DNA from: Adineta vaga
Lineage: Eukaryota > Animalia > Rotifera
NCBI GenBank assembly: GCA_021613535.1
Contig: CP075495.1
Span: forward strand, 13,764,001-13,828,000
DNA length: 64,000 nt
Reading direction: 5' to 3'
Positions 14,950 through 27,734 of the stretch are shown one piece after another. Position 1 is the stretch's first letter. Each line of letters opens with the position of its first letter. The position numbers were made by a program, and so were the translations under genes. A model generated the notes under the pieces. It worked only from the letters and a program-made list of their open reading frames with translations. It made no database searches and was not told where the DNA came from.

Positions 14950-15346
14950 TAGAAAAATCAAACAATTTCTTTCTTTTATCTCTATATTGATGTGGTGTTC
15001 AGTCATACTTTGTTTCTGTTGGATAAAAGAGAAGATAAAACAAATATATATGTATAAAAACTAATCTATAAATCAAAAATGAAACAGCCTATGAAGATTT
15101 CTATGAACATGAATTAATAAAATGTCTGTCTTTATATCAAAGACAAACATCATTAGAGGAAAGAAAAACATCAGTTTTTTTCTTAGAAAAAACGAGAAAC
15201 AAAGCAATTTCAATGAAACTTTCAGTGCTACTAATCGATGATTAGTTTTCAAGTCGAGAAATTTATATTTATCAGTCGAATGAAATAAGTATCTTTACAA
15301 TTTTATTTGTATATAAAAAAATGAAATAAAAAACAATGCCTAATTG

Positions 15347-18300
15347 TTATTTTTTCTTTCTTTGACTTTCTTTTGAATTGATTTTATCTTGTAATTTTCT
15401 TTCTAAATACGGTCGTTTATCTTTATTAATCGTAGAATTTTCATAAACAGGTCGAACATTTGAATGTGTTGCTATATGTGTTTGTCGTATATCTGTACGT
15501 GCTTGATGACCACAACCATGTACTTCAGGCATTGAATGTTCAAAACAATAACGACGATTACAATATGAACAAAGTTGTCCTAATAAAGTTATTTTAATTT
15601 TACATCGTTGAGCATTACAAACATTATCTTGTTGTCGAGCAGCTTCTAAAAGATCATCAAATGATGTTTCACTATTCAGTGATTCTAATTTATTTGACTT
15701 TTTCTTCACAGTTTTTGGATGTTCAGCAGCAACATTTAATTTGGATGATGCAATGTTCTAAAGATTTTGTTTAATATTTTTAAAAGAAAATATATATCTT
15801 ACAGATGTTTCATTCGTCGTTGTAGATACAGATGGCAATGGATTCATTCGTTGACAATAAATTTCATGTAATTGTAGATTTTGTGGTGGAATATCTTTAT
15901 GACAAAATCGACAAAGATTCGTTAGATCTAATACAGGTGATGCCGTCTGAAAGAATACTGATTCTTATGAAATTCATAGGAAAACTTTGATTGTTTTACT
16001 TTTTCTGAGGAACTGATATCTTCATGAAGTGTTTCTTCTTGTGGTTTTGTTGTTGTTGTTGTTGTTGTTGTGATATTTTTATCTTTGTTAAATTTGGAAT
16101 GCTTTTCTTCTTTTTCTAACACAGAAAATGAACGAAATTGTGTCGTCATTTCTTCTTCCTTCTCCACTTTCTTAACTATTTTTGATTGCGTTGCATTTTC
16201 ATTCGAAGACTTTTTCATAATCGTGATGTGTCGTTGATCATCCATACCTTCACTGATATGTTGCAAATTACGTTTTTCTGCTAACTAAATCAGATTTTTC
16301 GATAGAAATTTCCTAAGCAATCTCTTTGCACACATACTTCATGTACATAACGTCTACCAAATGGTGATAGATCATCTTCAAATTGTAATCGTTGAGCATT
16401 GTGGTCTTTGAGAAAAGCATCAATGCGTTGATCAAGAATATTTGTAAGTACATTTTCAAGGATATTTGTTGCTTCTGATCGTGGTTTTGGTTGTTGTCTA
16501 ACAGTGAATTATGAAATAAGAATAAAGAGAAGAATTTTAGGATGGATTTACTTTGGTTTTTTTGTTTGTTGTTTAGTTTGTTTTGAAGAAGTTGTTGATT
16601 TTCTCGATGAAATCGCTCCTTGAAAAAAGTTATTGTCTATGAAAGAGATAATGAATAGTTTCTATGATACATCAGATGAATAAATACCATCGACTAATTC
16701 AAAAGCAGATCGAACTTCTCCATTTTCTAGCATATAATCAATCAATCGTTTCATGAATGGATCATGACTAACTGTTTGAACATTACATATAACACATAAA
16801 TGTCGACGTGCACGCGTTATAGCAACATTTATTCGTCGAGAATCCGATAGAAATCCAACTTCACCTAAATTTAAAAACAAAAAGCATTGCTCTCTTCCTC
16901 AATAAACTCCAATTTCTCCTATTCCTACTAACCCCGTAGATTCGATCGAACCATAGAAATAATTATAACTTCTTTTTCTCGTCCTTGAAATCCATCAACA
17001 GATTTGATTTCTAATGTTGGATATGTATTTAATAATTTTCGACGTAATAATTGTACTTGCATATTATAAGGTGTTATAACACCAATTTGATCAACAGAAA
17101 CTCCATAATTTTCAACTAATTCTTTGACATGAGTATTAACAAGAGCAACTTCGCCTTCATTTCCACGAGAATTTTCATCATCAAAACATATTTCTGGCAT
17201 ATCATAACCAGTCGTATCAATAAGAAATAATGGACATTGTGAAAGATTTTCATCATCAACTTCATATTCATTATCACGTTTCGAAATATTAGCTAAATCT
17301 TTTAGAAGATGTGATCGAACTGATTTATCAGCAACTAATTTTCCATGATAAAATTCTTCGGATGACCATTTCATAATTGCTTCATTCATACGATATTGAA
17401 TAGTTAACATACGAGTAATCTATTTGAAATGTTCTCTCAAAATTAACAGTTTTCTTCTAACAAAAAACATACTTTATCATCAAATTTTTCAATCAATCGT
17501 TGCATTAATGTTATAGCTAAACCATCTTTTGCAGCTTTTTCACTTAGAATTGTCGGTGGTAATTGAGATGATCACCTGCTAAGACACATTTTGGTGCACG
17601 AAGTAATGCAAGCCAACATGCAACTTCAAGTGTCTAAGAATACGATAAAAGAATAATCTAAGAAAACTCTATTTGTTTTTTCTATATACCTGTGAACATT
17701 CATCAATAACAACGAGATCAAAATGATTGGGTGGTAATAATTTCAATGGACTATCATCCGTTGCAGATGTTAATGTGCAAAGAATAACATTCACTGATTT
17801 CATGGCTTCTCGACTAGCTTTTTCTTCATAAACTCGAATATCTTTTCGTAAATGTTTTATTTCGTTTTTCAAACGTTCACGTTCACCACGATCTATCGAT
17901 GATTTTCGTAATTTTGTCTATGAATACAAAAGAAATGAATGAAAATAATTTGAGAAATCGTATCTCTTACAAAACATAGATTCAAATCTTCACGTATAGC
18001 ATTTTTCACATCTTGATAGTTTTCTGTCACAATTGATTCTAATGAGAAACATTGTATTGATTCAAGTAAACGTGCTGGATGACCAAGACGTATCAATTTT
18101 AATTGTTTCTTTCTTCCTAAACGTTCAACAAGATTATCTACAGCAATATTTGATGGGGCACAGCAGAGAATTTTCGCGTCACGTTTCAATGCTTCTTGTA
18201 AGATGTATTCAACAATTGTTGTTGTTTTACCAGTGCCTGGTGGACCATGTATAATCGATATATCACGTGAAGCTAATGCAAAACTGACAGCATCACGTTG

Positions 18301-19060
18301 AGATTCATCAAGATTTTCATTAAACCATTGTGTGGGACCAGTATTTTGAGAGAAATTTGATGGAATTGGATCATCATTATCAAATGCAATGTCAAGTAAA
18401 TGATGAGCAATACCTTGACGTTGTTTCATCATTAAAGTAAGACCACTGAAAGATAAAAAAAACGAGTTTTCTCAAATATTGATTTCGATTGTTTAACATA
18501 CTGTTTCAATCGTCGATAAGTTACATCATTTGCCATTTTAATAATCATAAAGAGACAAGTATCACCTAATGAATTAAATTGTTCATCATCAGTATCTTCA
18601 ATCGTAATATGTATTGTATTTGTTGTTAAACGAAATATTAATCCACGAGCTAAAGGATTTTGATCATCAATTGAATGACCTTGTTGATAAATACCAGCTA
18701 TATCACCTGAAATTCAAACAAATAGAAGTATATGAAAACGAGAAAATATTTAACAAGACAAACCTGGTCCAAATGTTTGTACACGTGATAGAGATTCGCC
18801 TTCGAAGACAAGAATAGTTCGTCCATAGAGACCTGTATATGTATATTGAAAATGAAGACGTGTCAAACATAAACCTCGTTCAGCAAGACGTTTTATTGGT
18901 TGACCTTTCAATGCTTCTCTAGAAGAATGATAATTGAAAAAAGATTTTGTTGTTTTGAAAACAAGAAATGACATTCTCACGTTGATTGATTGATTTCTTC
19001 TTCTCGTTCGATTTCTAATAAATCTCGACATTTTTCTGTGAACACCTCGACACCAGTCAT
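15347..19060 (-). CDS. IGHMBP2: IGHMBP2/SMUBP-2 UPF1-like SF1 helicase with R3H and AN1 zinc finger (one apparent frameshift near 17566)
   Basis: Motifs IHGPPGTGKTTT, CAPSNIAVDNL, VIDECSQ, GDHxQLPP, LTIQYRMN, SVDGFQGREKE and RRINVAITRARR; R3H LSPFGRRYVHE; AN1 finger CSYCNRRYCFEHSMPEVHGC. Start MTGVEVF at 19060. Confidence 0.95.
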
Positions 19061-19171
19061 CTATAAATCACATGAAGAAAAACGAGAGTAAATAATCTTC
19101 CTAATCTTTCCTTTATAAGTTATATAATACAGAATACAAAAGAAAACAAACAAACAGTAAATCAAGTCAAT

Positions 19172-21034
19172 TTATTTTTTCTTTTTCTTTTTCAATTTCA
19201 ATGCAAATTTAGCTGCTAAGAGAAAATGATCCGATGCAAATTGATGATTTGGTAAATGTAAATTCGACATGTGTTGTTGTTGATATAAATTATATCGACT
19301 TAATAAATTCAATCGAAATCGATCATTATCTTGTTTTGTATAAAAAATATAATCAACTAAATTAAATTCATTATCAATACATGTTGTAACATCTGTTGTA
19401 TCATTTAAATCATAAACTGAATGAAATTGTTTATTATGTGTTAAGATTGCTGATGATCTTTGATTGATATATTGTTCGAAGATGATTGAATTCGTTGTTT
19501 GTGTAGCAGTTTGTTTGGGAAAACAACAATTCGAAGTAACAAATGTTGTGGGAATTAATTCCTTAGATGGAAGTTGAAGAGAAAAACGATTTTGAACAAT
19601 TGATTGAGGAATTTGACCAGATATTTCAATCGAACGAAATGTATCATATTTAATATGTCCATTAATTAAAAATTTTGAAAGTGGTGAATGAGGCTGAGCA
19701 TTGAAATCACCACAAATAATAATTGGATAATAAGAATTTAATGAAGCAGTTCTCAATGCAAATCGATCAATTTCAGCAAGAAAGTATTGTAATTGTGCTA
19801 ATTTAATATCACCACGTTTCGGTGAAAAAAGTAAATGAGTTGTAGCAACACAGAAAAGATCATCGGAGGTCGCTTTTGATGATAATGGTTGAAATAAAGC
19901 AATTAGACCACAATTATCCCTAAAAAGATGAGAATTACATGGATGAAGTGAGATTCTTATTGCAATTACGGAGAGTGTTTTACCTGTCTAAAAGTGAGAT
20001 ATTTCTTTGATAGAATGGTACTGTTTTGCTATCGATTAGTTTCAATCGATCGGTTCGATAGAATAAACAACATCCATCGGATTTATCACCGGAACGTTTG
20101 ATATAAATTGAATCGTATCCTTTAATGCAGAAAGAATCGAAATCAATTCATGTATAATTAATTTCTTACTTACCATAATCAATCATTTTTGGTCGAAAAT
20201 CATATTTGTAATGTTCTCTTTGCATTTCTTGTAAACAAATGATCTAGTAATAAGGATAATTCATTTTTTCGTAATAATTTAAAAAAAAAACACCTACATC
20301 AGCATCTTGTTTTAGCAATTCTCTTAATAATCGTTCTTTTCGTCGATGCCAATGAAGATTACTGTCGAGACAATCTTCATATAAAACTGGATTATCTTCA
20401 ATTAATTTTTGTGCAAGAATATTATAACTGATCAGATGAAAATTAAAATGATGATAACGACTTTTAGTTAAATGTTCGTCGTAAATTGTATTCGACCATG
20501 TTCTTTTTGGTAAATTAAACTCCACTAGGAAAAATTAGCGTGGTTTTTAGTTGAATAAAAACATTGAAACTTACTTGGTGAATATCTCTCACGTTTGTGA
20601 GGAATTTCTACAGGTGACTGTAAATCTCGTGATCGTTTAGGCATTGATATAGTTTGTGATTGATCGAGAAAATAGATTCGATCTATTGATAATGAATTTG
20701 TTTGTTGAGAAAATGGTAGAAGTGGAAGTGCTTGATGTTGTTCAAACCACGAATCCCAATTTTCACTTGTTTGATCGTCTTCAACTTCTTCTGTTTTTAG
20801 TTTCGATTGACGAAAACGTGAGCTCCAATGTAGACGTGGTTCACGTGGTTGATGTGTTAATTTCCATGAATAAAGATTAATTAGGAAATAAGTAATAGGT
20901 GATTGGCTTTTGCTAGGATGAAATTGCCGAGTATTGGGTAAGATTGAAGAAGAGGAAAGTAAACAACGGGTTAAATATTGGGAAGAAGAAGAAGAAGAAG
21001 AATAAATATTAAACCGAGCGAGTGAGGTGAGCAT
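19172..21034 (-). CDS. ANGEL: Angel homolog (EEP/CCR4-family 2',3'-cyclic phosphatase-like)
   Basis: Motifs ISYNILAQKLI, ICLQE, DGCCLFY, DNCGLIALF, VATTHLLFSPKRGDIKLAQL, IIICGDFNAQP, VDYIFY and ASDHFLL. Likely ATG at 21034 (MLTSLARF). Confidence 0.92.
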
Positions 21035-21971
21035 AGACCATGAGATTGTCAAACAAATTTCAAATGAAATTATATATTTCTTATAATCTGGAAGATAGTT
21101 GTTAGTATCGTATTTTTTAGAATATTTTTGACTCGCGACATTCACATTATTCGCCAATTGGTCTAAAATATTAACAAATCATGTAATTCCTACTCTAATT
21201 GCACCACTAAACAGTCGTTTGATATATACGTAAGGATCGTCGTTAGCAATCATAAACAAAAACATTTTTCAAACACTTGTCAATTTCTCTTTTCGAAGTA
21301 TCTATGAAATACAAATAACATATTCTCTTAGTCTTAATTAGTATAAGACTTCGATGTGTTAAATGACATTAATTATCTATTTATATGTAGTAATGACTAG
21401 AATTACATCCGATTTGTTAATGCTTTAGTCAAAATAGTTTTGAATAGAAATTCTCTAGCAAGAATACACTTGCCTTCTCTAAAATGGACTATTTTATGAT
21501 CTTTATCAATCCTTGCTGTTTTATTAAGAACAATCAGATTGCTTTATTGCTCACCAAACTATTTCAAGTATGTGAAAATATCTGTTTTACTAGTTTGAAT
21601 ATAGAGTTGAAGACATAACTGTTAGTGACTCAGTTGTATGTGGAAGAGATAATGTGATGAAATTACGTTATCAGTTGATCATATATAATATTACTTCTTT
21701 TAAATATAATCGAGAACTATTTTATACACAGATTTACATCTCTATTAAACGTCTTTGATAACTAACCATTATTAAATATAGTTGTTTCTCAAATGATTAA
21801 CATCAAATCGTCTAAAAAGATCAGTTTTTTGCTAGAACACTGATTGTATTATTCTATATACATAACATAATACCAAGTGCTTTTCTGTTTTTAGATCAAA
21901 TCAGAAAAATCATCGTTTATTCAGTTTTAGTCTATGTCATTGATAAATGTCTTCAAATAATTAAATAAACG

Positions 21972-24506
21972 ATGAGTATCGCTTCAGTTGATGAACATTC
22001 TTCCATCCTACGAAAACAGAGTGCTGATGTTACCTCTGAACAACTGAAAATATCATTTGATGTATTTGTTTCAGTTTTAAAAGAAACGAACGAGTACGAT
22101 ACAAGATATACCATATATGAACAAATCTGTTCTCCGTTAATCAATTTACCATATAAAACAAACAAATTCAGTGATTCTGAACTGATCGAACATGAATTAT
22201 TTATTATTTTACGTGATGATGTAATCATCGAGCAATTTCGTCAAAGAGAATCTGAAACTGGTACAACAAGAAAACAGGTACAATTAATCTCAATGCTATT
22301 TATGAATCTTAGTCACAAAATAACTGAAGATAATATCGTTGGATTTCATAATCTTCTTTTTCATCAACCATTGATTAATGAACTAGCGAATTGTCTTCAT
22401 GAAATTGGTACGTACGGTAAATATTTTAACAATTTTATACTTTTTCGTTCAATTAAATTCTTACTATGCGCTTTTAAAAATTATCTAAGACACAAATTAA
22501 TTGGTGATGAATATACATTACTTACATCAATATTGTTCTCTGCTATTCAATGTTTATGTTCATCATATGCTGTTGATATGATAAAACAGTTAAAATTCAA
22601 TTTTACTCAAAAATTAAATGATTGTCAAACATTATTTCTTGATACATTACCATTCTATTTACAATGGTATCCGGAATATCAAAAGCCGGAAAATTTTATT
22701 GGAATTTTACGAACTCTATTGAATGAATTTACGAATTGGATAACAAACTGTTCACCCCAATCATATATCGATTGTACGAGTCATATTGGACGAATGATTC
22801 GACATTTAAATTATTTTCTTGTTCGTCCTATTGAATCCGAAAACGTACATTTATTTAGTGATGAATTTTACCATGACTATTGTAAATTAGTTGCGTATTG
22901 GTCGTTAGTTTTGTCAACAATATTGCCATGTTTTCCCGATCAACCAAATGTCAAGGACAGTACACGAATCATTATTAAAAATTTGTATAATTTCACACTG
23001 CATTTAAACGTTTTAAACTACATGAAAACTATACCAAATTTGATTCCTATGCTTTTGCAAACGACTGATATTGAAGATGATGAAATACAAGTAAATGCTT
23101 ATCGTTGTTTAGGCAAAATTATGACTGAAGCAGACATAAAAGCAATGACAAATCCAAGTAAAATTGCTAGTGTATATATTGATTTTATTACAAATACGAT
23201 TGATGATCAATATCAAAAAGAACGATTTCATAGTCTTTTAAAAAGTTTAAAAAGTAAATCTTAATTATTTAGTATAAAAGAAAATTTATTTGGCATTTTC
23301 TTTCTCTTTTAGATTTTGTACAACATGATCAAGTAAAAACAGAGTTAATTGAATTAAAAGCACTTCCACTTCTAGTCAAATGTGTAGTCGAAACTCAATT
23401 TGATCCAATTAAAGTTCAGCAAACATCTTTAGAAATTCTTCTTGCTCTTTCATTTAATACAGACGCTTGTTCTTTTCTAAGACAAAATTCAAATTTTATC
23501 AATCATATTCGAACACTCGTCCTTAATACACTACCAGATAAATCAGGTTTACAACGAGCTGCTGAAGGTCTTCTTTGGAAATTAGAAGAAGAAGAAAAAG
23601 CTGTTGCTAAACCATCGATTTTAAATTTGTATAAATATGATGTTATGATAAGTTATTCACATAAAGATCAAGAAATATGTCTTCAAATTCATGAACAACT
23701 AGTCAAAGATGGATTTCAAGTATGGTTCGACAGAGATTGTTTACGTGGATCAACTATGGTTGGTATTGCAAATGCTATAGAAAATTCCAAACATGTACTT
23801 ATTTGTATGTCAAATACATATAAACAAAGTGTTTACTGTCATTCCGAAGCACATTATGCATTTGAACGAGGATGTCGTTTAATTCCAATTATTATAGAAC
23901 CAAATTATAAACCAGATGGTTGGCTTGGAATCATTGTTAGCGGAAAGATCTATGTAGAATTTGGTAATGTGGAATTTTCTTTTGCTTATGAAAGATTAAA
24001 GAATGAAATTATGCAACAAGAATATCACGATCCTACTTCGTCACCATTAAAAATAGAAGAAAAAGATCACACTGATACAATATTTACATATTCCGAAGGG
24101 GCAGACACATTCTATCAACCAACTCTGTAAGTTCATTTGATGCATCATTGTACACAAAATTGTCTTTGTATTTATTAGTGATCTACCTAATTGTATTACT
24201 GAATGGACTTGTGAACATGTGAAATCATTTTTTCTACGAAATGGATTGGCAAATACACTTCTTTTCCTCTTTCCACATACAGATGGTCATCGTCTTCAAC
24301 AATTATATGAAATATGTCTTCTAAATCGCGAATCAATGTATCAATCATTGAAATTTGAACTGAATGAACGATATCATATATTACTACCAATTTCTGATTA
24401 TCTCAATTTTCTTCATGAAATCAAAGCATATATTTCGACCAGTCCAACAAATACAAGAACTACACAGTATTCTTTTCTTTCCCTTACGTTTTGTAATCTT
24501 TTGTAG
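21972..24506 (+). CDS. Helical (ARM/HEAT-like) repeat + TIR + C-terminal SAM-like domain protein
   Basis: Exons about 21972-23253, 23313-24126 and 24179-24506. ARM-like LIPMLL...IQVNAYRCLGKI and LQRAAEGLLWKL; TIR YDVMISYSHKD...VWFD...AIENS...YCHSEAHYA...LIPII; SAM-like ITEWTCEHVKSFF...DGHRL. Confidence 0.88.
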
Positions 24507-24940
24507 AAAAAGAAAAGAGAGAGAGAGAGAAAAGTATTTAAAATGGTAACAGATGATATACTTTTGGGAATGTATTTTTGTTTTTTTTCTAAATATAACT
24601 ATTCACAGATTTCAAGTTTTAAAACCAAGCACTAGTTGCAATTTTACACTATAGATACATCCGATAAAATTAAGTCGAATATGGTTTATATACATATTTA
24701 CTACTGAATGATGGTGACCTCTTTCGTGCTTTCAACGGTTATACTGACATGATGAAATTACCAGCCAATTGATATGTTAATAATTGCATACACTACACAC
24801 AACATACACTCACATTTTTCTATTTCGATTACATTTGATTTTATTTGTAACGTTTGTTGAAAAACAATAAAAATCGGAGAAGTACTTTTTTCCTAAGTAC
24901 AATTATTTATAGAATTTAATTTTTCACATTTTCTTTAAGA

Positions 24941-25762
24941 ATGACTGATTATGTTGAAGAATCATTTACAGTAATTACACCACGTCACAACCATAAACTA
25001 TCATGTATTTTTCATCGAAAACGTTCCCCTTATATTGATGATCAAAATCGTGAACATGTTGTTATTCTCTGTCATGGTTATTTGGCGACTAAAAATAGTG
25101 CTTTCCTTCCACAATTAGCTCGTGATATATCCGATTCAACGATGAACCAATTTCATTCAGTACGTTTTGATTTTCATGGTTGTGGAGAATCAACTGGACG
25201 CGAAGAATGGAATTACGGAGGATATGAAGATGAAGCGAAAGATGATCTTAGATCAATTGTTGAATATTTACGCAATGAAAAGAAGCAATATTTTGTTCGA
25301 GCACTTCTAGGACATTCACGAGCGGGAACAACTGTTTTACTTTATGCATTGTATTTTGATGATGTACCAATTATTATTAATGTAGCAGGTCGATATCGAC
25401 TCGAACGTGGTATCTACGAACGATTTTCTCAAAAACAATTAGATGAATTAAATAAAAATGGTTCATTTTTAATTCATACTTCAGATCAGGGAGATTTTCG
25501 TATTACAAAAGAAGCAATTGAACGTCGGAAAAGTTTGAATATGGATGAACTAGAAAAAATTCGTCATGCTCGTGTATTAAATATATGGGGTGATCAGGAT
25601 AATGTTATGCCGGGTGATGAAATCTATTTATATAATGATCAATTAAAAAATACGAAAAAAACCGAAATGGTCATTGTGTCTGATGCTGATCATTGTTTTC
25701 AAGGCACAGAAAAGGCTTTATTTAAAATTATTAGACCTTGGATTGAACAGTCCATTGAATAA
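24941..25762 (+). CDS. Intronless alpha/beta-fold hydrolase (esterase-like)
   Basis: VILCHG oxyanion motif, RFDFHGCGES, nucleophile elbow GHSRAG, Asp in WGDQD and His in DADHCF, all in a single 273-aa ORF. Confidence 0.93.
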   Translation: MTDYVEESFTVITPRHNHKLSCIFHRKRSPYIDDQNREHVVILCHGYLATKNSAFLPQLARDISDSTMNQFHSVRFDFHGCGESTGREEWNYGGYEDEAKDDLRSIVEYLRNEKKQYFVRALLGHSRAGTTVLLYALYFDDVPIIINVAGRYRLERGIYERFSQKQLDELNKNGSFLIHTSDQGDFRITKEAIERRKSLNMDELEKIRHARVLNIWGDQDNVMPGDEIYLYNDQLKNTKKTEMVIVSDADHCFQGTEKALFKIIRPWIEQSIE

Positions 25763-25803
25763 AATATCTACAATTCTTTCATCTGTTTTAGATAATAATA
25801 AAA

Positions 25804-27487
25804 ATGGATGTACAAACAAACGCAGAAAGCATCACAACAACCAGTGGAGATAGTAATAATAATAATTTTAGTTCTTCACAATATTCGCCCAGTAATACAT
25901 CATCCGCATCGCCATATGTAGGAACTTATCAAGTTGATATATCATCGACTACTTTCGATCTTGAATCAATCACATCATCCTATACTGGATTAATGTGTAT
26001 TTATCGTTTATTATATGTAGCTGAACATTGTCAGACATTACGTAATGAAGCTTTATTAGCAAGTTTAAAATATTTACAAGGCACACATTTTACTACTCTG
26101 TATAAACAAGTATATGAGAAAATCTTGAATCATTGTATTTTTCTGAACTGTATATGTTGTTGTTGTTGTATTTAGATTCTGGATGAACTCAAAAAACAAG
26201 ATATTCCATTATCAAATGATTTTGATATGGGATGGTTTGAACGAACACAACGTGCTTATGTTCAAAAATTAGAAAAACTTGATACTGATTTACGAAATTT
26301 TCGTACAAACTCAATTAAAGATTCCATTCGTCGAGGTCATGATGATCTTGGTGATCATTATTTAGATGCGGGAGATTTTTTTAATGCAGTTCGTTGTTAT
26401 GTACGTTCAAGAGATTATTGTGTTTCACCAAGACATATGATTACAATGTGTATGAATGTTATTAAAGCATCATTTTTTATGCAAAACTGGTCGAATGTTT
26501 TATCATATATTAGTAAAGCTGAACAAGCTATTGAAAGTTTAGAAACAACAGCAAAAACAACTATAACATCATCGATGAATAATCCAATGGCAGGTGCAAC
26601 GACTTCGTCAACAGATATACCTGATGTAGTATTAGTTTCACGTTTGAAAGTTTATGCAGGTATTGCTGAATTAGCTACTGGAAGATATAAATTAGCTGCA
26701 CGACATTTTCTTGGTGTATCATTTGATCATTGTTCAAATTATTTTCAAGTAAAATTAATTTTTCGATACAAAAATCTCTCCTATTCAACTGTTTTCTCTA
26801 TAGGATCTTCTTTCACCACAAACACTTATTCAATATGTTTGTTTATGTAGTTTAGCAACATTTGAACGATCAGAAATTCATCGTTTAATAATTATGTCAA
26901 CAAATATGAAACAATATCTTGAGTTAGAACCATCAATTCGTGAAATACTTTTGAAATTTTATGAAACATCCTATTCATCTTCATTAGCTATTATGTCCCA
27001 ACAAGAACCCATTTTTGCATTAGATCAATTTCTTGCCCCACATTTACGTTCATTATATTACGAAATTCGTCATCGTATTGTTATCACTTATTTTCTTCCA
27101 TATAAAAATGCGAGTATGATAACAATGGCTAAACAATTAAATACAACCATCGATGTGCTCGAAGATGAACTTGTTCATTTAATTCGTTTAGGAAAAATTA
27201 AAGCACGCATTGATTCAAAAGATAAAATTTTATATGCTGATGATACGGATCAACGCTGGTATGCATATCAACATGCGTTAACAATAACAAAACAATCGGA
27301 AAAAATAACACGTGCATTTTTACTTCGTTCAGCGGTTATCAAAGCAAATTTAGCCGTTAGAGATGATTCAGCACTAATATCAGGTCGTTCTGGAAATAAT
27401 AAGAATAAATCTCGTGGACATTTCGTACCAGAAATGGATGGTCATATGATGATTGATGATACATATTATGATGATAGACGAATGTAA
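25804..27487 (+). CDS. GPS1: COP9 signalosome subunit 1
   Basis: YTGLMCIYRLLYVAEHC, KLEKLDTDLRNFRTNSIKDSIRRGHDDLGDHYLDAGD, YVRSRDYC, and PCI end LIRLGKIKARIDS. Introns about 26110-26175 and 26749-26802. Confidence 0.96.
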
Positions 27488-27734
27488 AATAATTTCGTCT
27501 TTAGTGAAATCAGAAAAACATGAAAACTTTTATACTATTTTTTTACTTCTTTTCTTTGCGTTCTTTAACCGATGATTAAGTTAATATCAATGAAAAATCC
27601 TATTTTGTTCCTTTTGTTTTGTAGTTTTACAATTTATTCAAGAAATTTTGTTTTCTTTTTAATAATTCTTATTATTTATGAAGAAGAAAACGTCTTTTTG
27701 TGATAATTGAATCAAAATAAATACTTTCTTTCAG

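Noticed and set aside
17560-17570. Programmed ribosomal frameshift in IGHMBP2
   Set aside because: No recognisable slippery site or stimulatory structure; a simple indel error is more parsimonious.
25762-25804. Hydrolase-CSN1 fusion by stop readthrough
   Set aside because: The two ORFs are in different frames (41-nt gap), and each has a complete independent structure.
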